A DNA stretch of 64,000 nt from an uncultured Bdellovibrionales bacterium (GCA_964346295.1 CAYFUG010000004.1:532-64531), one strand, 5' to 3'; shown: positions 48,420-59,239, counted from the first letter of the stretch. A program made the numbers and translations. The notes: generated by a model not told the origin, from the letters alone.

Positions 48420-49652
48420 ATGAAACAAACTAAAATTATTACCGAAAAGTGGGAGCAGGTGAGTCCAAGATTTATCTCTAGCTACCAAAAGACAGGAGGT
48501 TATCAGGATTTGGCTAAAGCCTTAAAAATGGGTCCGGATCAGGTACTTCAAGAGGTGTTAGCGTCTGGTCTGGCCGGTCGGGGCGGGGGCGGATTTCCTA
48601 CCGGAAAAAAGTGGCAAACGGCTTTAGAACAAAAAGCTTCGGAAAACTACTTTATCTGCAATTTGGATGAATCGGAGCCAGGGACTTACAAAGATCGCTA
48701 TTTAGCGGAAAGTAGTCCTCACCAGCTTTTAGAGGGCATTATGATTGCTTCTTTTGCCCTCAAGGTGAAGAAGGCTTACATTTACCTCAATGGAAATTTT
48801 CACGCCGCTCGGCAGTTGCTGCAAAACGCCCTTCAACAAGCCCAGGAAGCCGGATTTTTAGGAGAGAATATCTTGGAGAGCGGTTTTGATTTAGAAATCG
48901 AACTATTCGTGGGGGCGGGGGCCTATATTTGCGGAGAGGAATCAGCTTTGATTAATTCTATTGAGGGTAAAAGAGGGGAGCCACGGCGCCGGCCTCCTTT
49001 TGCTTGTGTTTGCGGACTGCATAATCGCCCTACGGTTGTGAACAACGCCGAAACTATTGCCAACTTGCCTTGGATAATCCAGAATGGCGGCAAGGCTTAT
49101 TCCCGGGTTGGCCTGCCAGATCAGCCGGGTACTAAACTTTTTTCCATCGGGGGAATGGTGCGTAACCCTGGTTTGTACGAGTTTCCTTTGGGCGTCAGTG
49201 TGCGAGAATTGGTTTACAAAGCGGGAATGGGCATGCGGCCAGGATTGGATTTTTGGTTTGCTCAAGTGGGGGGATCAGCCGGTCGCCTGGTAACGCGCAA
49301 TTTATTGGATGAAATTCCTAGTTATTCTCGCAAGGCTCGGATTTCGGTAGGATCGGGGGCGGTGCTGGTGGTAGATAAAAACCAGGACATCAAGGAACTT
49401 TTACTAGCTTGGAGCCGGTTTTTTGCTCGGGAGTCTTGCGGGCAGTGTGTTCCGTGTCGAGAGGGGACTTTCCGTTTGCAGCAGCTTGTAGAGCGCTTGG
49501 GGGGAGAAAATTTCAGTCAAGATGATTGGGAGGACATGCAGCGCATTATTTTCACTCTGGAGCGGAGTACTTTTTGCGCTTTAGGGAAGTTTGCAGCGGT
49601 GGCGATTAAGGATGCGCTGGAGCTGAAGTTGGTGGAGGCTTCCAAATTTTGA
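48420..49652 (+). CDS. NuoF-like NADH-binding FMN/Fe-S flavoprotein (complex I 51-kDa / HoxF-like)
   Basis: GLAGRGGGGFPTGKKW FMN motif. ESCGQCVPCREGT 4Fe-4S motif. The C-terminus EASKF-stop is supplied by the repeat. Confidence 0.8.
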   Translation: MKQTKIITEKWEQVSPRFISSYQKTGGYQDLAKALKMGPDQVLQEVLASGLAGRGGGGFPTGKKWQTALEQKASENYFICNLDESEPGTYKDRYLAESSPHQLLEGIMIASFALKVKKAYIYLNGNFHAARQLLQNALQQAQEAGFLGENILESGFDLEIELFVGAGAYICGEESALINSIEGKRGEPRRRPPFACVCGLHNRPTVVNNAETIANLPWIIQNGGKAYSRVGLPDQPGTKLFSIGGMVRNPGLYEFPLGVSVRELVYKAGMGMRPGLDFWFAQVGGSAGRLVTRNLLDEIPSYSRKARISVGSGAVLVVDKNQDIKELLLAWSRFFARESCGQCVPCREGTFRLQQLVERLGGENFSQDDWEDMQRIIFTLERSTFCALGKFAAVAIKDALELKLVEASKF

Positions 49653-49745
49653 AAATTTTGGTGTTGCAAGCTGCGTTTGGCACTCACCGTACCCTTCAGT
49701 ACGGCTCGCACCAAGCCTCGCTTGCGCCTAAAAATTTCCTAAAAT
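49653..49745 (+). repeat. dispersed repeat, B-type module
   Basis: ttgaaaattttggtgttgcaagctgcgtttggcactcaccgtacccttcagtacggctcgcaccaagcctcgcttgcgcctaaaaatttcctaaaa. Confidence 0.6.
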
Positions 49746-49815
49746 TTGGAAGCCTTAATCCAGCGGTTATTTTTAGTGGGAGATTTTTACAAGTTAACTT
49801 TTAAAATTTATTAAA

Positions 49816-50349
49816 ATGCAAAATCAGCCTAAAAATTGGCCTCAGGGGGGGGCAGAGCGAGGTAGCAGACAAGAGTTTTTTAATGCTCCAGAAAGAGAGC
49901 AGCAAGTAAGGGCTAAAAGATTAGATTCCTTGCTTGCTAGAGAGCGAGGAAATTATTTAGATTTTTGCCTGAATTTGTATAAATACCCTGATAGATTCAA
50001 AGGTAATTCTGAGAAAAATACAAAAATTTTTAATCAGCTTAGCTCTGGAAGTAGGATTTTAGAGAGGGCATTTGCTTTTTTTCTTGCTCAAAAAAGAAAT
50101 CAGGACACAAAAGGAGCCCATGAGGAATTGGGAAATATTATACAAAGTGATACTGGTGGTATTTCTGACCCTAATAATTTTCAGATTGATATCGATAAGG
50201 CTAAAGAAATGTTTCGATGGGGATTAGATTTGTATGTCAACGGAGGTGGTGAAAAAATTGGTAGGACACCTACTATCTCTGGAGGAGAGATTGATTCTTT
50301 GGTGGACGATATGGGGGAAATTTTAACAAAGGTAAATCAGTGGAGGTAG
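49816..50349 (+). CDS. hypothetical protein (177 aa)
   Basis: ORF with no recognisable motifs. Co-oriented with, and closely spaced to, the next gene. Confidence 0.45.
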   Translation: MQNQPKNWPQGGAERGSRQEFFNAPEREQQVRAKRLDSLLARERGNYLDFCLNLYKYPDRFKGNSEKNTKIFNQLSSGSRILERAFAFFLAQKRNQDTKGAHEELGNIIQSDTGGISDPNNFQIDIDKAKEMFRWGLDLYVNGGGEKIGRTPTISGGEIDSLVDDMGEILTKVNQWR

Positions 50350-50373
50350 TTTAATTAAAATCAAAAATTAAAA

Positions 50374-51525
50374 ATGGAGCGATTAATCAATCTCAAAAAG
50401 CCGGGTAATTTTGCTGGTAATCCAGAGGAATTCAGAGCTCTAGTAGCCTCGGCGAGTTCAAGTGAATCAGAGGCAGTTAAGAGCTTCTTGGAAAAAGCCG
50501 AGGATGAAGAATTCGAAACCTTTTCTTTGTTTTTAGAAAATGCTGATAAGCACTTAGGACTTTCTTTTGATCAGCTGGAGGAGTTGAAAGTTTTGTTAAT
50601 TAAAAACTTGCGAGGAGAGGGCAAGGAAGATTTTTTAAGGGCAATGCAAAGGGCCAATCAGATTTTGCAATTTCAAGGTAGGGATGGTTTACTTGATACT
50701 ATTCAAGCTAAGAGAAGGGCTAGGGATGGTGCTAAAGTTTTAGTTGAACCAGCCTTGGCTTGTCTGTTGGCAGTTTTCTTAACAGTAGGAATTGCGGGAG
50801 AAGCGTTTTCTTCGACTGATATGGAGGGAATGACTTTTAGAGAAGTCAGGGAATTTGTTACGAGTGGAAATCAAGAAAGTGATAAGAAGCTACCCTTTAA
50901 AATCCTTGGTATGAAAACTGCTAGCAATGGAGCTTGGCGAGCAGTAGAAAGCGAAATAAGACATTCAAGGGAGCCCATTACAAAAATAGCAAGAAAGGTG
51001 ACGGAAGGAGTTGAGAGAGTCTATTTTTATTATGAAGGTGAGATTAGGCCTAGTTACTCTTGGAGTGGAAGGAAAGGCGAAAGTGACGTTGTTGAGTCAG
51101 TAGGAGGGGCTAAAGAAATCTCTGCAAATCTTTTAGAAGATGGCTTTAGAGGGAGTGTCGATCAATTGAAAGAATCATCAAGTAGAGCTGTTTTTAGTAA
51201 GTTAAGTAAAAACCAGCGAGAGGCTCTAGGGGATTTTTTATCTAATATAACAAGCAATCCTCAAGTAGGGGTAAGCTTTAATGAGTACACTCTTTCCTCG
51301 GGCAAGACAATCTTGATTCCTTTGGTAAGTTATTTTATTGGAGGGTATGAAGTCAAGGTTAAGTTTCTTTTTAATAGGACAGAAATTACAGCTAAAGGGA
51401 AAGAGAAGGAGTTGGGTGGTCAGGAAACTAAGCATATTTTAATTAAGAAAGGAGGTGGTTTTTCTAGTTCTGACATATTAAGTTTAATTAATGGACAAGA
51501 TGACCCGGAAAATCAGCGTCAGTGA
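50374..51525 (+). CDS. hypothetical protein (383 aa) with one central TM segment
   Basis: ORF. Hydrophobic stretch LACLLAVFLTVGIAG. Confidence 0.45.
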   Translation: MERLINLKKPGNFAGNPEEFRALVASASSSESEAVKSFLEKAEDEEFETFSLFLENADKHLGLSFDQLEELKVLLIKNLRGEGKEDFLRAMQRANQILQFQGRDGLLDTIQAKRRARDGAKVLVEPALACLLAVFLTVGIAGEAFSSTDMEGMTFREVREFVTSGNQESDKKLPFKILGMKTASNGAWRAVESEIRHSREPITKIARKVTEGVERVYFYYEGEIRPSYSWSGRKGESDVVESVGGAKEISANLLEDGFRGSVDQLKESSSRAVFSKLSKNQREALGDFLSNITSNPQVGVSFNEYTLSSGKTILIPLVSYFIGGYEVKVKFLFNRTEITAKGKEKELGGQETKHILIKKGGGFSSSDILSLINGQDDPENQRQ

Positions 51526-51540
51526 CGACAATCTAAGAGA

Positions 51541-52860
51541 ATGAAAAAATTTAACAAACCACAATTATTGGCGCCGGCGGGGAGTTTGGAGAAGATGAAA
51601 ATTGCTTTGGCTTTTGGAGCGGATGCGGTCTATTTGGGGCTGCCGGATTTTTCTTTGCGAGCCCGAGTTAATAATTTCACTCCAGAGCAGTTGGAGGAGG
51701 CGGCGGAGTATTGCCGAGAGCGAGGCAAACAGTTTTATCTCACTCTCAATATTTACGCTCATCAAAGGCATCTAGAAAAGCTTCCGGAGCAGATCGCGTT
51801 AATCCGTAAGTTGCAGCCCAGTGCCGTGATCGCCTCGGATCCGGGGGTTATTACTCGTCTAAAAGCAGAGGTGCCGGAAATCCCTCTCCATCTTTCTACC
51901 CAGGCCAATGTCACCAATGCCGAGGCGGCTAGATTTTGGTGGGAGCAAGGGATCGAGCGGGTGATTTTGGCTCGAGAGCTAAGCTTGTCAGAGATTAAAC
52001 AAATCAAAAAAGCAGTACCAGAGTTGGAGTTGGAGTGTTTTGTTCACGGGGCAATGTGCATGGCCTATAGCGGCCGGTGCCTGCTTTCTAGCTGGATAAC
52101 AGGAAGAGGGGCGAATGTGGGGGATTGCGCACAGCCTTGCAGGTGGTCATATCGTCTTCAAAATGAAGAATTGTTTAAGATTCAGGACGATCAAGAGCGG
52201 TTTGAGATTGAGTTGGAGGAGGATCAAAATGGGACTTATCTTTTCAATAGCTACGATATCAATTTGATTGATCAGTTGAACAAATTACTGGAGGCCGGAG
52301 TGGAGTCCTTCAAGATAGAGGGGCGTTCTAAAAGTGTTTATTATGTGGCGGTGGCCACCCGCGCTTATCGAAAAGTTTTGGATGCTGCTTTTGATTTTCT
52401 CCAGGATAAGCTCTCGCAGAATGCTTATGAAGAGCTAATTAAAGAGCAAAAACAGGAGTTAGAAAAACTCTCTCATCGGGGGTACTGGACCGGATTTTTG
52501 CTGGGTCAGCAGCCGCCGCATCTCACAGATCAAGACGCAGTGCGGAGTGACTGGGAGTTTGTGGGAATCGCGGCCTCAACTGAATCCGGGAGCTCTAGCT
52601 CTAAGCCAAGCACCAAATTAAATCCTAAAAAATCTGAGGGAAAGTGGCGGGCGGTGTTTGCGCACAATGCTTTGCGAGAAAATGACCAGGTGGAAGTGGT
52701 GACGCCAGAGGAGAATTATTTGGTGGAAATTAAAAAGATCGAAAATAGTCAGGGTGAGCAGGTGGATTCGGCCCACGGTGGCCAAAATGAAATTTTTTCG
52801 GTAGAATTCTCGCAGGTGATTGAAGAGGAAGTTTTTTTGCTGAGGAAGAAAATTAGTTAG
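51541..52860 (+). CDS. U32-family peptidase (PrtC/YegQ-like)
   Basis: PQLLAPAGSLEKMKIALAFGADAVYLG N-terminus. E..C..YSGRCLLS motif. Confidence 0.8.
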   Translation: MKKFNKPQLLAPAGSLEKMKIALAFGADAVYLGLPDFSLRARVNNFTPEQLEEAAEYCRERGKQFYLTLNIYAHQRHLEKLPEQIALIRKLQPSAVIASDPGVITRLKAEVPEIPLHLSTQANVTNAEAARFWWEQGIERVILARELSLSEIKQIKKAVPELELECFVHGAMCMAYSGRCLLSSWITGRGANVGDCAQPCRWSYRLQNEELFKIQDDQERFEIELEEDQNGTYLFNSYDINLIDQLNKLLEAGVESFKIEGRSKSVYYVAVATRAYRKVLDAAFDFLQDKLSQNAYEELIKEQKQELEKLSHRGYWTGFLLGQQPPHLTDQDAVRSDWEFVGIAASTESGSSSSKPSTKLNPKKSEGKWRAVFAHNALRENDQVEVVTPEENYLVEIKKIENSQGEQVDSAHGGQNEIFSVEFSQVIEEEVFLLRKKIS

Positions 52861-52965
52861 AATTTCTAATTTTAATTATTAGGGCGATGCATGGATTAAT
52901 TGAAAAATTTAAGAAGCATGTAATCGAAGAGTCGGGCAGATCAGATTTTATTCATCATAAGTGGT

Positions 52966-53475
52966 TTGAAATATCATCTGGAGATTGTGGAGAGGATTGC
53001 TAATGAGCTGTGCGATGCCTACCCGGAGGCTGATCGAGACTTAGTGAATGCGCTGGTCTGGCTCCATGATTATGGCAAAATCCTTGATTTTGATAATCAG
53101 TACCAGGCCACTCTTGAGGCGGGTAAAAAGAAGCTTTTAGAGTTAGGATTATCTCCTGAATTTACTTCTCGAGCAATTGAGTATGTTGATATCACCAATA
53201 AAAAATTAGAACTTGACATTGCTAAGCAGTCAATTGAGGTGCAGATTATTTCTTCGGCCGATGTAGCCGCTCATTTCGTGGGACCTTTTTTCAGCCTGTG
53301 GTGGTACGAAAATCCCGATAAGCCTTTCGAAGAACTGATGGCTGATAACTTAAAAAAGGCCCAAAAAAACTGGGAAAGAAAAATGGTCTTGCCAGAAATT
53401 AGAGAGAAATTTTATCAAAGATATAGAATTACATTAGAAAATAGTGGACAATTTCCCGAGCGATTTTTAGATTAA
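52966..53475 (+). CDS. HD-domain phosphohydrolase (start uncertain, possibly TTG)
   Basis: H...[14 protein letters not shown] motif. No in-frame ATG upstream; a short ORF in another frame precedes it. Confidence 0.45.
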   Translation: MKYHLEIVERIANELCDAYPEADRDLVNALVWLHDYGKILDFDNQYQATLEAGKKKLLELGLSPEFTSRAIEYVDITNKKLELDIAKQSIEVQIISSADVAAHFVGPFFSLWWYENPDKPFEELMADNLKKAQKNWERKMVLPEIREKFYQRYRITLENSGQFPERFLD

Positions 53476-53489
53476 ATTTATCGACTGAA

Positions 53490-54254
53490 ATGAAATTAAC
53501 GGCTTTGCAAAAGGCCCGGACGGTGGTTTCAGTAAACTTCTTTATTTTGTTTATTATAGCCACATTAACTCCTCGTTTGGTGAGGGGCGATTTTTGGGTT
53601 TTGGGGGAAGAGACGATTGAAGGGATGTTTCTCTCTTTGGAATTTTTAGCAATGGTCTTGATTTTTCGCTACTATGATCAGCACAGCAAGAAGAGCGAGG
53701 AGGATCGCTTGGAGCTAGAGGGTCAGTTAAAAAAGAAAGAGCGAGAGCTTCTAGGTACTTTGGAATATTTGGGTAAGGTAAATGTAAAGATTTCTTTGGT
53801 GCGCTCTATCATAGAAAATACTAAAGCGCCAGGCAGTCGGAGTGAATTACGAGAAATTTATTCTCAACTGCTTAGTAGCGTGCGAAGTCTTGCTAAGAGA
53901 AAAAAGATTTTTTTGAAAATTGTCGATTTAGAAGAAGGAAAGACTATTAGTGAACAGACAGAGACTATGAAAGAAGAAGATAGCGGTAAAAAGCAGGCTT
54001 TTCATTTTGAAAATAAGACTCTGCTAGAAGCTTATAAATCTAAACAAGAGCTAATAAAAAATGCAGAAGGGAAGCAATTTAGGGTTTATTATTCTAGGCT
54101 AGAAAACTTCTCTCTGAAGGCTTTTATTATTGTTCCTAAAAACGGGCAAGGAGATCCCACGGAAGATGAAAAGGAATTTTTGCAGGCGATTGCCAATCAA
54201 TGCGAGGTGGTATTTTTGTTGTTTAATTCGGCTTATTATAAGTGCAAAGTTTAG
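53490..54254 (+). CDS. hypothetical membrane-anchored coiled-coil protein
   Basis: Two N-terminal TM segments followed by a charged coiled-coil-like region. Confidence 0.45.
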   Translation: MKLTALQKARTVVSVNFFILFIIATLTPRLVRGDFWVLGEETIEGMFLSLEFLAMVLIFRYYDQHSKKSEEDRLELEGQLKKKERELLGTLEYLGKVNVKISLVRSIIENTKAPGSRSELREIYSQLLSSVRSLAKRKKIFLKIVDLEEGKTISEQTETMKEEDSGKKQAFHFENKTLLEAYKSKQELIKNAEGKQFRVYYSRLENFSLKAFIIVPKNGQGDPTEDEKEFLQAIANQCEVVFLLFNSAYYKCKV

Positions 54255-54386
54255 CAAGAATCATCCCAGGATTAGAGAGTTTTGTTCCTCGAGAAGTCTC
54301 AATAGTTATGTTCTAAGTGCAAAGGCAACTGAGAAGCTATTGTGGGATTTAATCTTTTATCAAATTATCAAATTTAAACTAAACAA

Positions 54387-55868
54387 ATGGAAAAACCGAA
54401 AATTCACTTGGGGTCACTGGAAGAGTATCGAACTTCCGTCCTTAAGTATCTAGAATGGATGTTAAGCCGCTACTATCAAGGTCAAGATTTGAGCAAAATT
54501 TCTCTAGAGGAAATTGAAAAAGATTCCCTGGAGATCAATGCTTATGAAAATTTCTCTCATCTTAAGCCGATTGATGAGAAGGCAGTGACTATTTTAGATG
54601 ACGAACGAATCAATACTAAGTGGGCTGAGAAGGCAGTTTTGGAGGGCAAGATTCTTTGGGAGCATACGGCAGCTGGTGAGGCCACTCGTTTGGGATTGGG
54701 CACCAAGTACCTTCTTAATTTAAGTCGTTTTTCTCTAGACGAGGTGATTTTTCATATGAAAAAGGAAGCTCAGAAAGAGCTATCCAAGCAAGAACTTTCG
54801 GAATCAGAAAAGGAGGAGCGGCTCAAGAATATTGAGAAGCAAATTGATCGGGATCAGGTTTTAGCTCAGATGGGCGGTGACCCCAGCGAACTGGGAGAAA
54901 TTTCCTTGGGTAATCGGCATATGTTTCAATTGGCTTTCGACATTAAAAAGCTGGCTCAAAATAACGGAGTTGATCCAGGGGAGGCACTTGCCAAGCAGAA
55001 AAATTTAATAATTCTCAATGAGCAAACCGCCGAAGAAATCATCGAAGAGTTCAAGCGCTTCAACTTCTTTGGCTTTGAACCGGAGAATATTTATTTTATG
55101 GTTCAGCGAGCTTTTCACGGGATTTATTTAAGAGAAGGAGGTCTCTTTTTTGATATCACCACTGAACGTAATAAGCGTTTGCATAATCATGGCCAGATGA
55201 TCATGCAAAAAACTCACGACGAAATGATTTTTCAGGTTGATCGCAATAATTTGCGCAATCGTAAGTTTCTTTTTAGCCAGGAGCTTGAAGATCTTTTAGC
55301 TCAGCACAAAGATTTATTGTCCTATAATGTAGAAGATCTAGCCTACCTTAATAGTGCGATTGATCTGCCTAGTTTAGCTTTGGCGCTTGAGTTAAAAGAT
55401 CAAGGTTACAATATGACCATGGAAATTGTGGCTAATAATCCTATTAAGCCACAAAAAGGAGGAGCCTGCTTTTACGATTCTAAGTTGAAGCGAGTAGTGA
55501 TGATTGAGTCCAATCAGCTTAAGGACATTAAAAACGAAGAAATTAAGCACCTTAATAAAAATTTTAATCACTATGTTGATCCAGTAGTAGCGTTTCGGGC
55601 AGTTAGAGAACAAGGACTGCCGCTTAGCTTTGATGTTAAAGCGGCTTTTAATCAAAGCGGAGAAGCTCAAAAATATATCTATCCTTGTCCGGTCCAAGGA
55701 GATGTCAATTTTTTGGTTAAAACCGCTTTTGTGATGCGCAAGAATATCAAGCCAATTTCTAACTGGAAGTCTCCCGCTACTACTCCGGCTGCTGTTAAGG
55801 CGATGTTGGATCAAGACGCTCAAGAAGGCTTCTTGGATTTGGTAGAGAAGGTTCAGAATGGGAAGTAA
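54387..55868 (+). CDS. hypothetical protein, possibly a UDPGP-type nucleotide-sugar pyrophosphorylase
   Basis: WEHTAAGEATRLGLGTKYLL resembles the GGxGTRLG nucleotidyltransferase loop. The size (493 aa) fits the UDPGP family. Confidence 0.4.
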   Translation: MEKPKIHLGSLEEYRTSVLKYLEWMLSRYYQGQDLSKISLEEIEKDSLEINAYENFSHLKPIDEKAVTILDDERINTKWAEKAVLEGKILWEHTAAGEATRLGLGTKYLLNLSRFSLDEVIFHMKKEAQKELSKQELSESEKEERLKNIEKQIDRDQVLAQMGGDPSELGEISLGNRHMFQLAFDIKKLAQNNGVDPGEALAKQKNLIILNEQTAEEIIEEFKRFNFFGFEPENIYFMVQRAFHGIYLREGGLFFDITTERNKRLHNHGQMIMQKTHDEMIFQVDRNNLRNRKFLFSQELEDLLAQHKDLLSYNVEDLAYLNSAIDLPSLALALELKDQGYNMTMEIVANNPIKPQKGGACFYDSKLKRVVMIESNQLKDIKNEEIKHLNKNFNHYVDPVVAFRAVREQGLPLSFDVKAAFNQSGEAQKYIYPCPVQGDVNFLVKTAFVMRKNIKPISNWKSPATTPAAVKAMLDQDAQEGFLDLVEKVQNGK

Positions 55869-55967
55869 GGAGTTTTAAATTTTGAAAGGATTCGAGTGAA
55901 TTATCAAGATACTTTTTGGAAAAATTGTTTAATTTGATTTTTTTAAACTAAAATACTACAATTCCTA

Positions 55968-56358
55968 GTCGCTTGGTCTAGCTTTGTCTAGATCAAGAGG
56001 AAAGTCTGGACACCAGCCGGCTTTCAATTGGAAGCCAGTTAAAAGGGTAATCGGTAACGCCGATCGGGCTCGATGTGAGTCGAGTCAAGGGATAGCGCCG
56101 CAGAGACAATACTAGTTAATGCTCTGCATTAACGAAAGGTGAAAAGTGTCGAGGGGCTCATTTCTTCGGAATTTGAGCTACTCGACTCGGCTATTGGCGA
56201 CAATAGTTTGTGGCAAGCCCTACCCGGTGCAAGGCCGTGTCTTCTCGTAAAAGAGAGGAAGTGCCGCTAAAGTTCAGCAGTGATGTTGAATGTAGATAAA
56301 TGACTAGGCCAATTTACTTTGGTAGATTGGTACAGAATCCGGCTTATTTTATCTAGTT
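55968..56358 (+). ncRNA. rnpB: RNase P RNA (bacterial type A-like)
   Basis: P4 strands AGAGGAAAGTCTGGAC ... ACAGAATCCGGCTTAT. Also conserved GGTAACGCC, AAAGGTGAAAAG and GGCAAGCCC...GCAAGGCC elements. The ends are approximate. Confidence 0.65.
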
Positions 56359-56658
56359 TTCAGTTAGTAGTTTTCAGTTTTTAGGCCGCATGGAGGCAGC
56401 GCAGGTTATAGAAGCGAGTCCTTTGTAAAAATCTCGAGCGTTGTTTACAGCTTTCTTTATTAGTAGAACACCTCTATTTTTCTTCATGAGGCATTTTGTC
56501 TCCTATATAAGGCAATAAACGCCGTCATTAAAACTGGAGCGGTTTGAAATTGAAATTTAAAAATGTAAACAACGCTAAGGAATCTTACAAGTTATTTCTT
56601 ATCTTGAATTTTCTGGTGTAGTATATGCTGAGCTAAGATAGAAAATAAAATCAAAAGA

Positions 56659-57144
56659 ATGGGTCAATTTGTTTATTTTATACCCCATTTATTCCCACTG
56701 ATTGTCGGAGGGGTGGTAATTTTCTCTCTGGGACATTTTAGCTTTAAATTCTTTATGCACCTTGTGAATAGGAGGTTTTATGTAGCTCCTAGGGAAGGCT
56801 CTATTCTTGGTAAGACGGCAGCTTTCTTGTCTTTGGGATTTTTACCAATTTTTTTCTTAGTAGGAATGCTGGAGTCTAAATTGGATGGATTTTTGAATGA
56901 CCTAATGTTAAATTCTAGTATTTTTCAGCGGGGGACTTTTTTAAGAAAAGCTATCTTTTATCTAGAGCAAAGTTCACTTGCTCTGATTTTTCTAGTTGTT
57001 TATTTAATTTTTTACTCATTTTTAATCTTTCTTTCATATTCCAAAGAGTCAAATAAAAAGTGGGCCTTTCTTTCAGAAGTTGTAATTTTTATTGGGATAG
57101 GCTATTTGGGCTATTTGCTTTTAGTGGCATTTGGAGTGGGATGA
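56659..57144 (+). CDS. hypothetical integral membrane protein (161 aa)
   Basis: Four or five TM helices. Overlaps mreC by 14 nt. Confidence 0.45.
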   Translation: MGQFVYFIPHLFPLIVGGVVIFSLGHFSFKFFMHLVNRRFYVAPREGSILGKTAAFLSLGFLPIFFLVGMLESKLDGFLNDLMLNSSIFQRGTFLRKAIFYLEQSSLALIFLVVYLIFYSFLIFLSYSKESNKKWAFLSEVVIFIGIGYLGYLLLVAFGVG

Positions 57145-58018
57145 TTTTTTAGTTTTAATTGCTTCATTTTCTATGGTTAAAAGATCTTCGGGTAAAATTA
57201 AATATGGAGTGGTTGGGGGAGTTTTTTTATTGGTTTTATTGGTGGTCTTTGTGACTAGAGGGAGCGATAAAAAACCCCTGGAGGGCTTTTGGAATTGGAC
57301 AGTGCGGCCAGTAGCAGGAGTTTTTTCGGCAGTGGGAGGTTGGTTTGGTCAAAAAACTTCGGTGGTTACTTCCATTGGGGAAGTTAAAGAGGAGAATAAC
57401 CGCTTAACGGAGGAGAATTTAAAATTAAAATTTCAATTATCTCAATTGGCTAGTATTCAGCGAGAAAACGAGGAGTTGCGGAGTTTGTTGGCCTTGGCAC
57501 CAGTGGATAAATACGATCTGGAATCAGTGCTGATTGTGGGGCGAGATGTGAATGGTCAAAGAGAGGTGGTTTATCTTAGCAAGGGCAGCAAGCAGGGCAT
57601 TCAAGAGGGGATGGGAGTAGTGGTAGGTGAGGGGGTGTTGATTGGAAAAATTTCTAAAGTTTTTGCTAATTCTTCACAAATGGAGTTTTTAGTGAGTGAT
57701 ATGCGAGTAAACGCTGAAATTGTGGAAGCGGGAGCCAAGGGTGTAGTGGTGGGCCGCTATGAAACGGCAGCGCTAATGGAGATGATTCCTCGGACAGTAG
57801 AGGTAAACAAAGGCGATGCGATTATCACTTCTGGGGTGGGAAAAACTCTCCCCAGGGGTCTTTTGATCGGTTATGTAGCGGAAGTTAAACCTTCTTCTAA
57901 CCAGCTTTTCCAAGAGGCTAGTATTGAATTTTTGGTGGATTTTCAAAAAATTCGGGGAGCGTGGGTGGTGAAAAAGGCTAAGGATGAGGAAGAGGAAGTT
58001 GACCGAGTAGAAAACTAA
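57131..58018 (+). CDS. mreC: rod shape-determining protein MreC
   Basis: N-terminal TM segment, then a coiled coil (ENNRLTEENLKLK). Beta domain motifs VVVGEGVLIGKI and IITSGVGKTLPRGLLIGYV. Confidence 0.8.
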   Translation: MEWDDFLVLIASFSMVKRSSGKIKYGVVGGVFLLVLLVVFVTRGSDKKPLEGFWNWTVRPVAGVFSAVGGWFGQKTSVVTSIGEVKEENNRLTEENLKLKFQLSQLASIQRENEELRSLLALAPVDKYDLESVLIVGRDVNGQREVVYLSKGSKQGIQEGMGVVVGEGVLIGKISKVFANSSQMEFLVSDMRVNAEIVEAGAKGVVVGRYETAALMEMIPRTVEVNKGDAIITSGVGKTLPRGLLIGYVAEVKPSSNQLFQEASIEFLVDFQKIRGAWVVKKAKDEEEEVDRVEN

Positions 58019-58051
58019 CTCTTTTGGCTAATATAAGGCGTTTATTGATTA

Positions 58052-58837
58052 TTAAGCTGGCAAAGTTTTCCAAAGTTGCTCAAATTGGGTGCGTTGGAGA
58101 GCGTAGATTTGAGGATCTTCGATAATGATGGAAATTAACCCGGAGGACCCGATTGCCTGGTAGGAGATTTTATTGTGATAAATTTGAATGGAAGCGCTGA
58201 AGTTAAGGGCGCTTTTTTTAATGAAACGCACTTGAGTGATGGCCTGGTAATTAGCGGGAGCAGTTCGATATTCTTCGATTATTCCGGGTTCATCAAGATC
58301 GATAATCCTTTTTTGGAGCCCCAAACGGGCTCTTTTTTGAGTGTAGCGAGCGTTGATCTTCTCATTGTTTTTGGCTAATTTCGGATCAGTGGTTCTAAAA
58401 ATAGCAGCAGAATCGATTAAAGTGAGAATTTCCGTGTCGCTGCGCAAAGTGTCCTCCAGCACTTTCTCTAGACCTTCGGAGCCCTCTAAAAAGCGAATTC
58501 CTGGTCGATTGAGGCCCAAATTGTATAAAGAAGCTAAGTTAGGCGCCATCTCTAAGAAGGCGCTTTTTTGTTGCTTAAATTCTTGCTCTTTTTGATCGAG
58601 GATTTTTTGGATTTGAGCCGGGTGTTGAGCGGAAAAACGGGCTACTTTGCCTTTTTTATCAAGCCTAAAGACTAGTTCCAGGTTCTCTAGCTCAGCCAGA
58701 ATTTTATAGGCGGCTTCTCTGGGGCGGTTGGTTTTTTGGGCAATTTCTCGGGCTCGGGTCGGTCCGTTTTGGTAGAGGAATTCCAAGATTTGGGCTTGGG
58801 AGGGGGTGAGGCCGATGCTTTGGAGAAGTTCCAGCAT
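58052..58837 (-). CDS. TrmB-family HTH transcriptional regulator, divergent from GC island 3
   Basis: LLQSIGLTPSQAQILEFLYQNGPTRAREIAQ HTH. Confidence 0.7.
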   Translation of the reverse strand: MLELLQSIGLTPSQAQILEFLYQNGPTRAREIAQKTNRPREAAYKILAELENLELVFRLDKKGKVARFSAQHPAQIQKILDQKEQEFKQQKSAFLEMAPNLASLYNLGLNRPGIRFLEGSEGLEKVLEDTLRSDTEILTLIDSAAIFRTTDPKLAKNNEKINARYTQKRARLGLQKRIIDLDEPGIIEEYRTAPANYQAITQVRFIKKSALNFSASIQIYHNKISYQAIGSSGLISIIIEDPQIYALQRTQFEQLWKTLPA

Positions 58838-58859
58838 ATTGAGAAGAACTTCCAGATTT

Positions 58860-58960
58860 GGCGAATCTCGATGTTACTCGCTGCGTTTAGTACTCACCAT
58901 ACTTCTTAGTACGCCTCCCACTAAGCCTCACTTGCACCTAGAGCTTCACTCAAATCTGAA
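58860..58960 (+). repeat. dispersed repeat, B-type module
   Basis: gctgcgtttagtactcaccatacttcttagtacgcctcccactaagcctcacttgcacctagagc. Confidence 0.55.
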
Positions 58961-59119
58961 AGTTTTAAAGTAAGCTGTTTATTTTGTCATGGGTAATTTT
59001 AGCACATTTATATTTTTTGTAAACTTTTAAGATTACATTTTTTAGGCTTATTTAATTATTTTATCTTTATTGAGTTATTTTTTAAAGTAACATTTTCAAT
59101 TTTAGTGTAGTTTTGATTA

Positions 59120-59148
59120 TTGACAAATATTAATTATTATGCTACAAT
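59120..59148 (+). promoter_or_regulatory. sigma70-type promoter of GC island 3
   Basis: TTGACA, 17 nt, TGcTACAAT. Within the TTGACAA...TGTCAAGCTCAGAAAAGG palindrome. About 150 bp of very AT-rich sequence upstream. Confidence 0.65.
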
Positions 59149-59239
59149 GCTCTGTCAAGCTCAGAAAAGGTTCAGATTCGTGGGTTTTGATTGTTGGAAT
59201 AATTTTGAGATCCGGAAAAAGGCTTAAAAAGCTTTTCTC

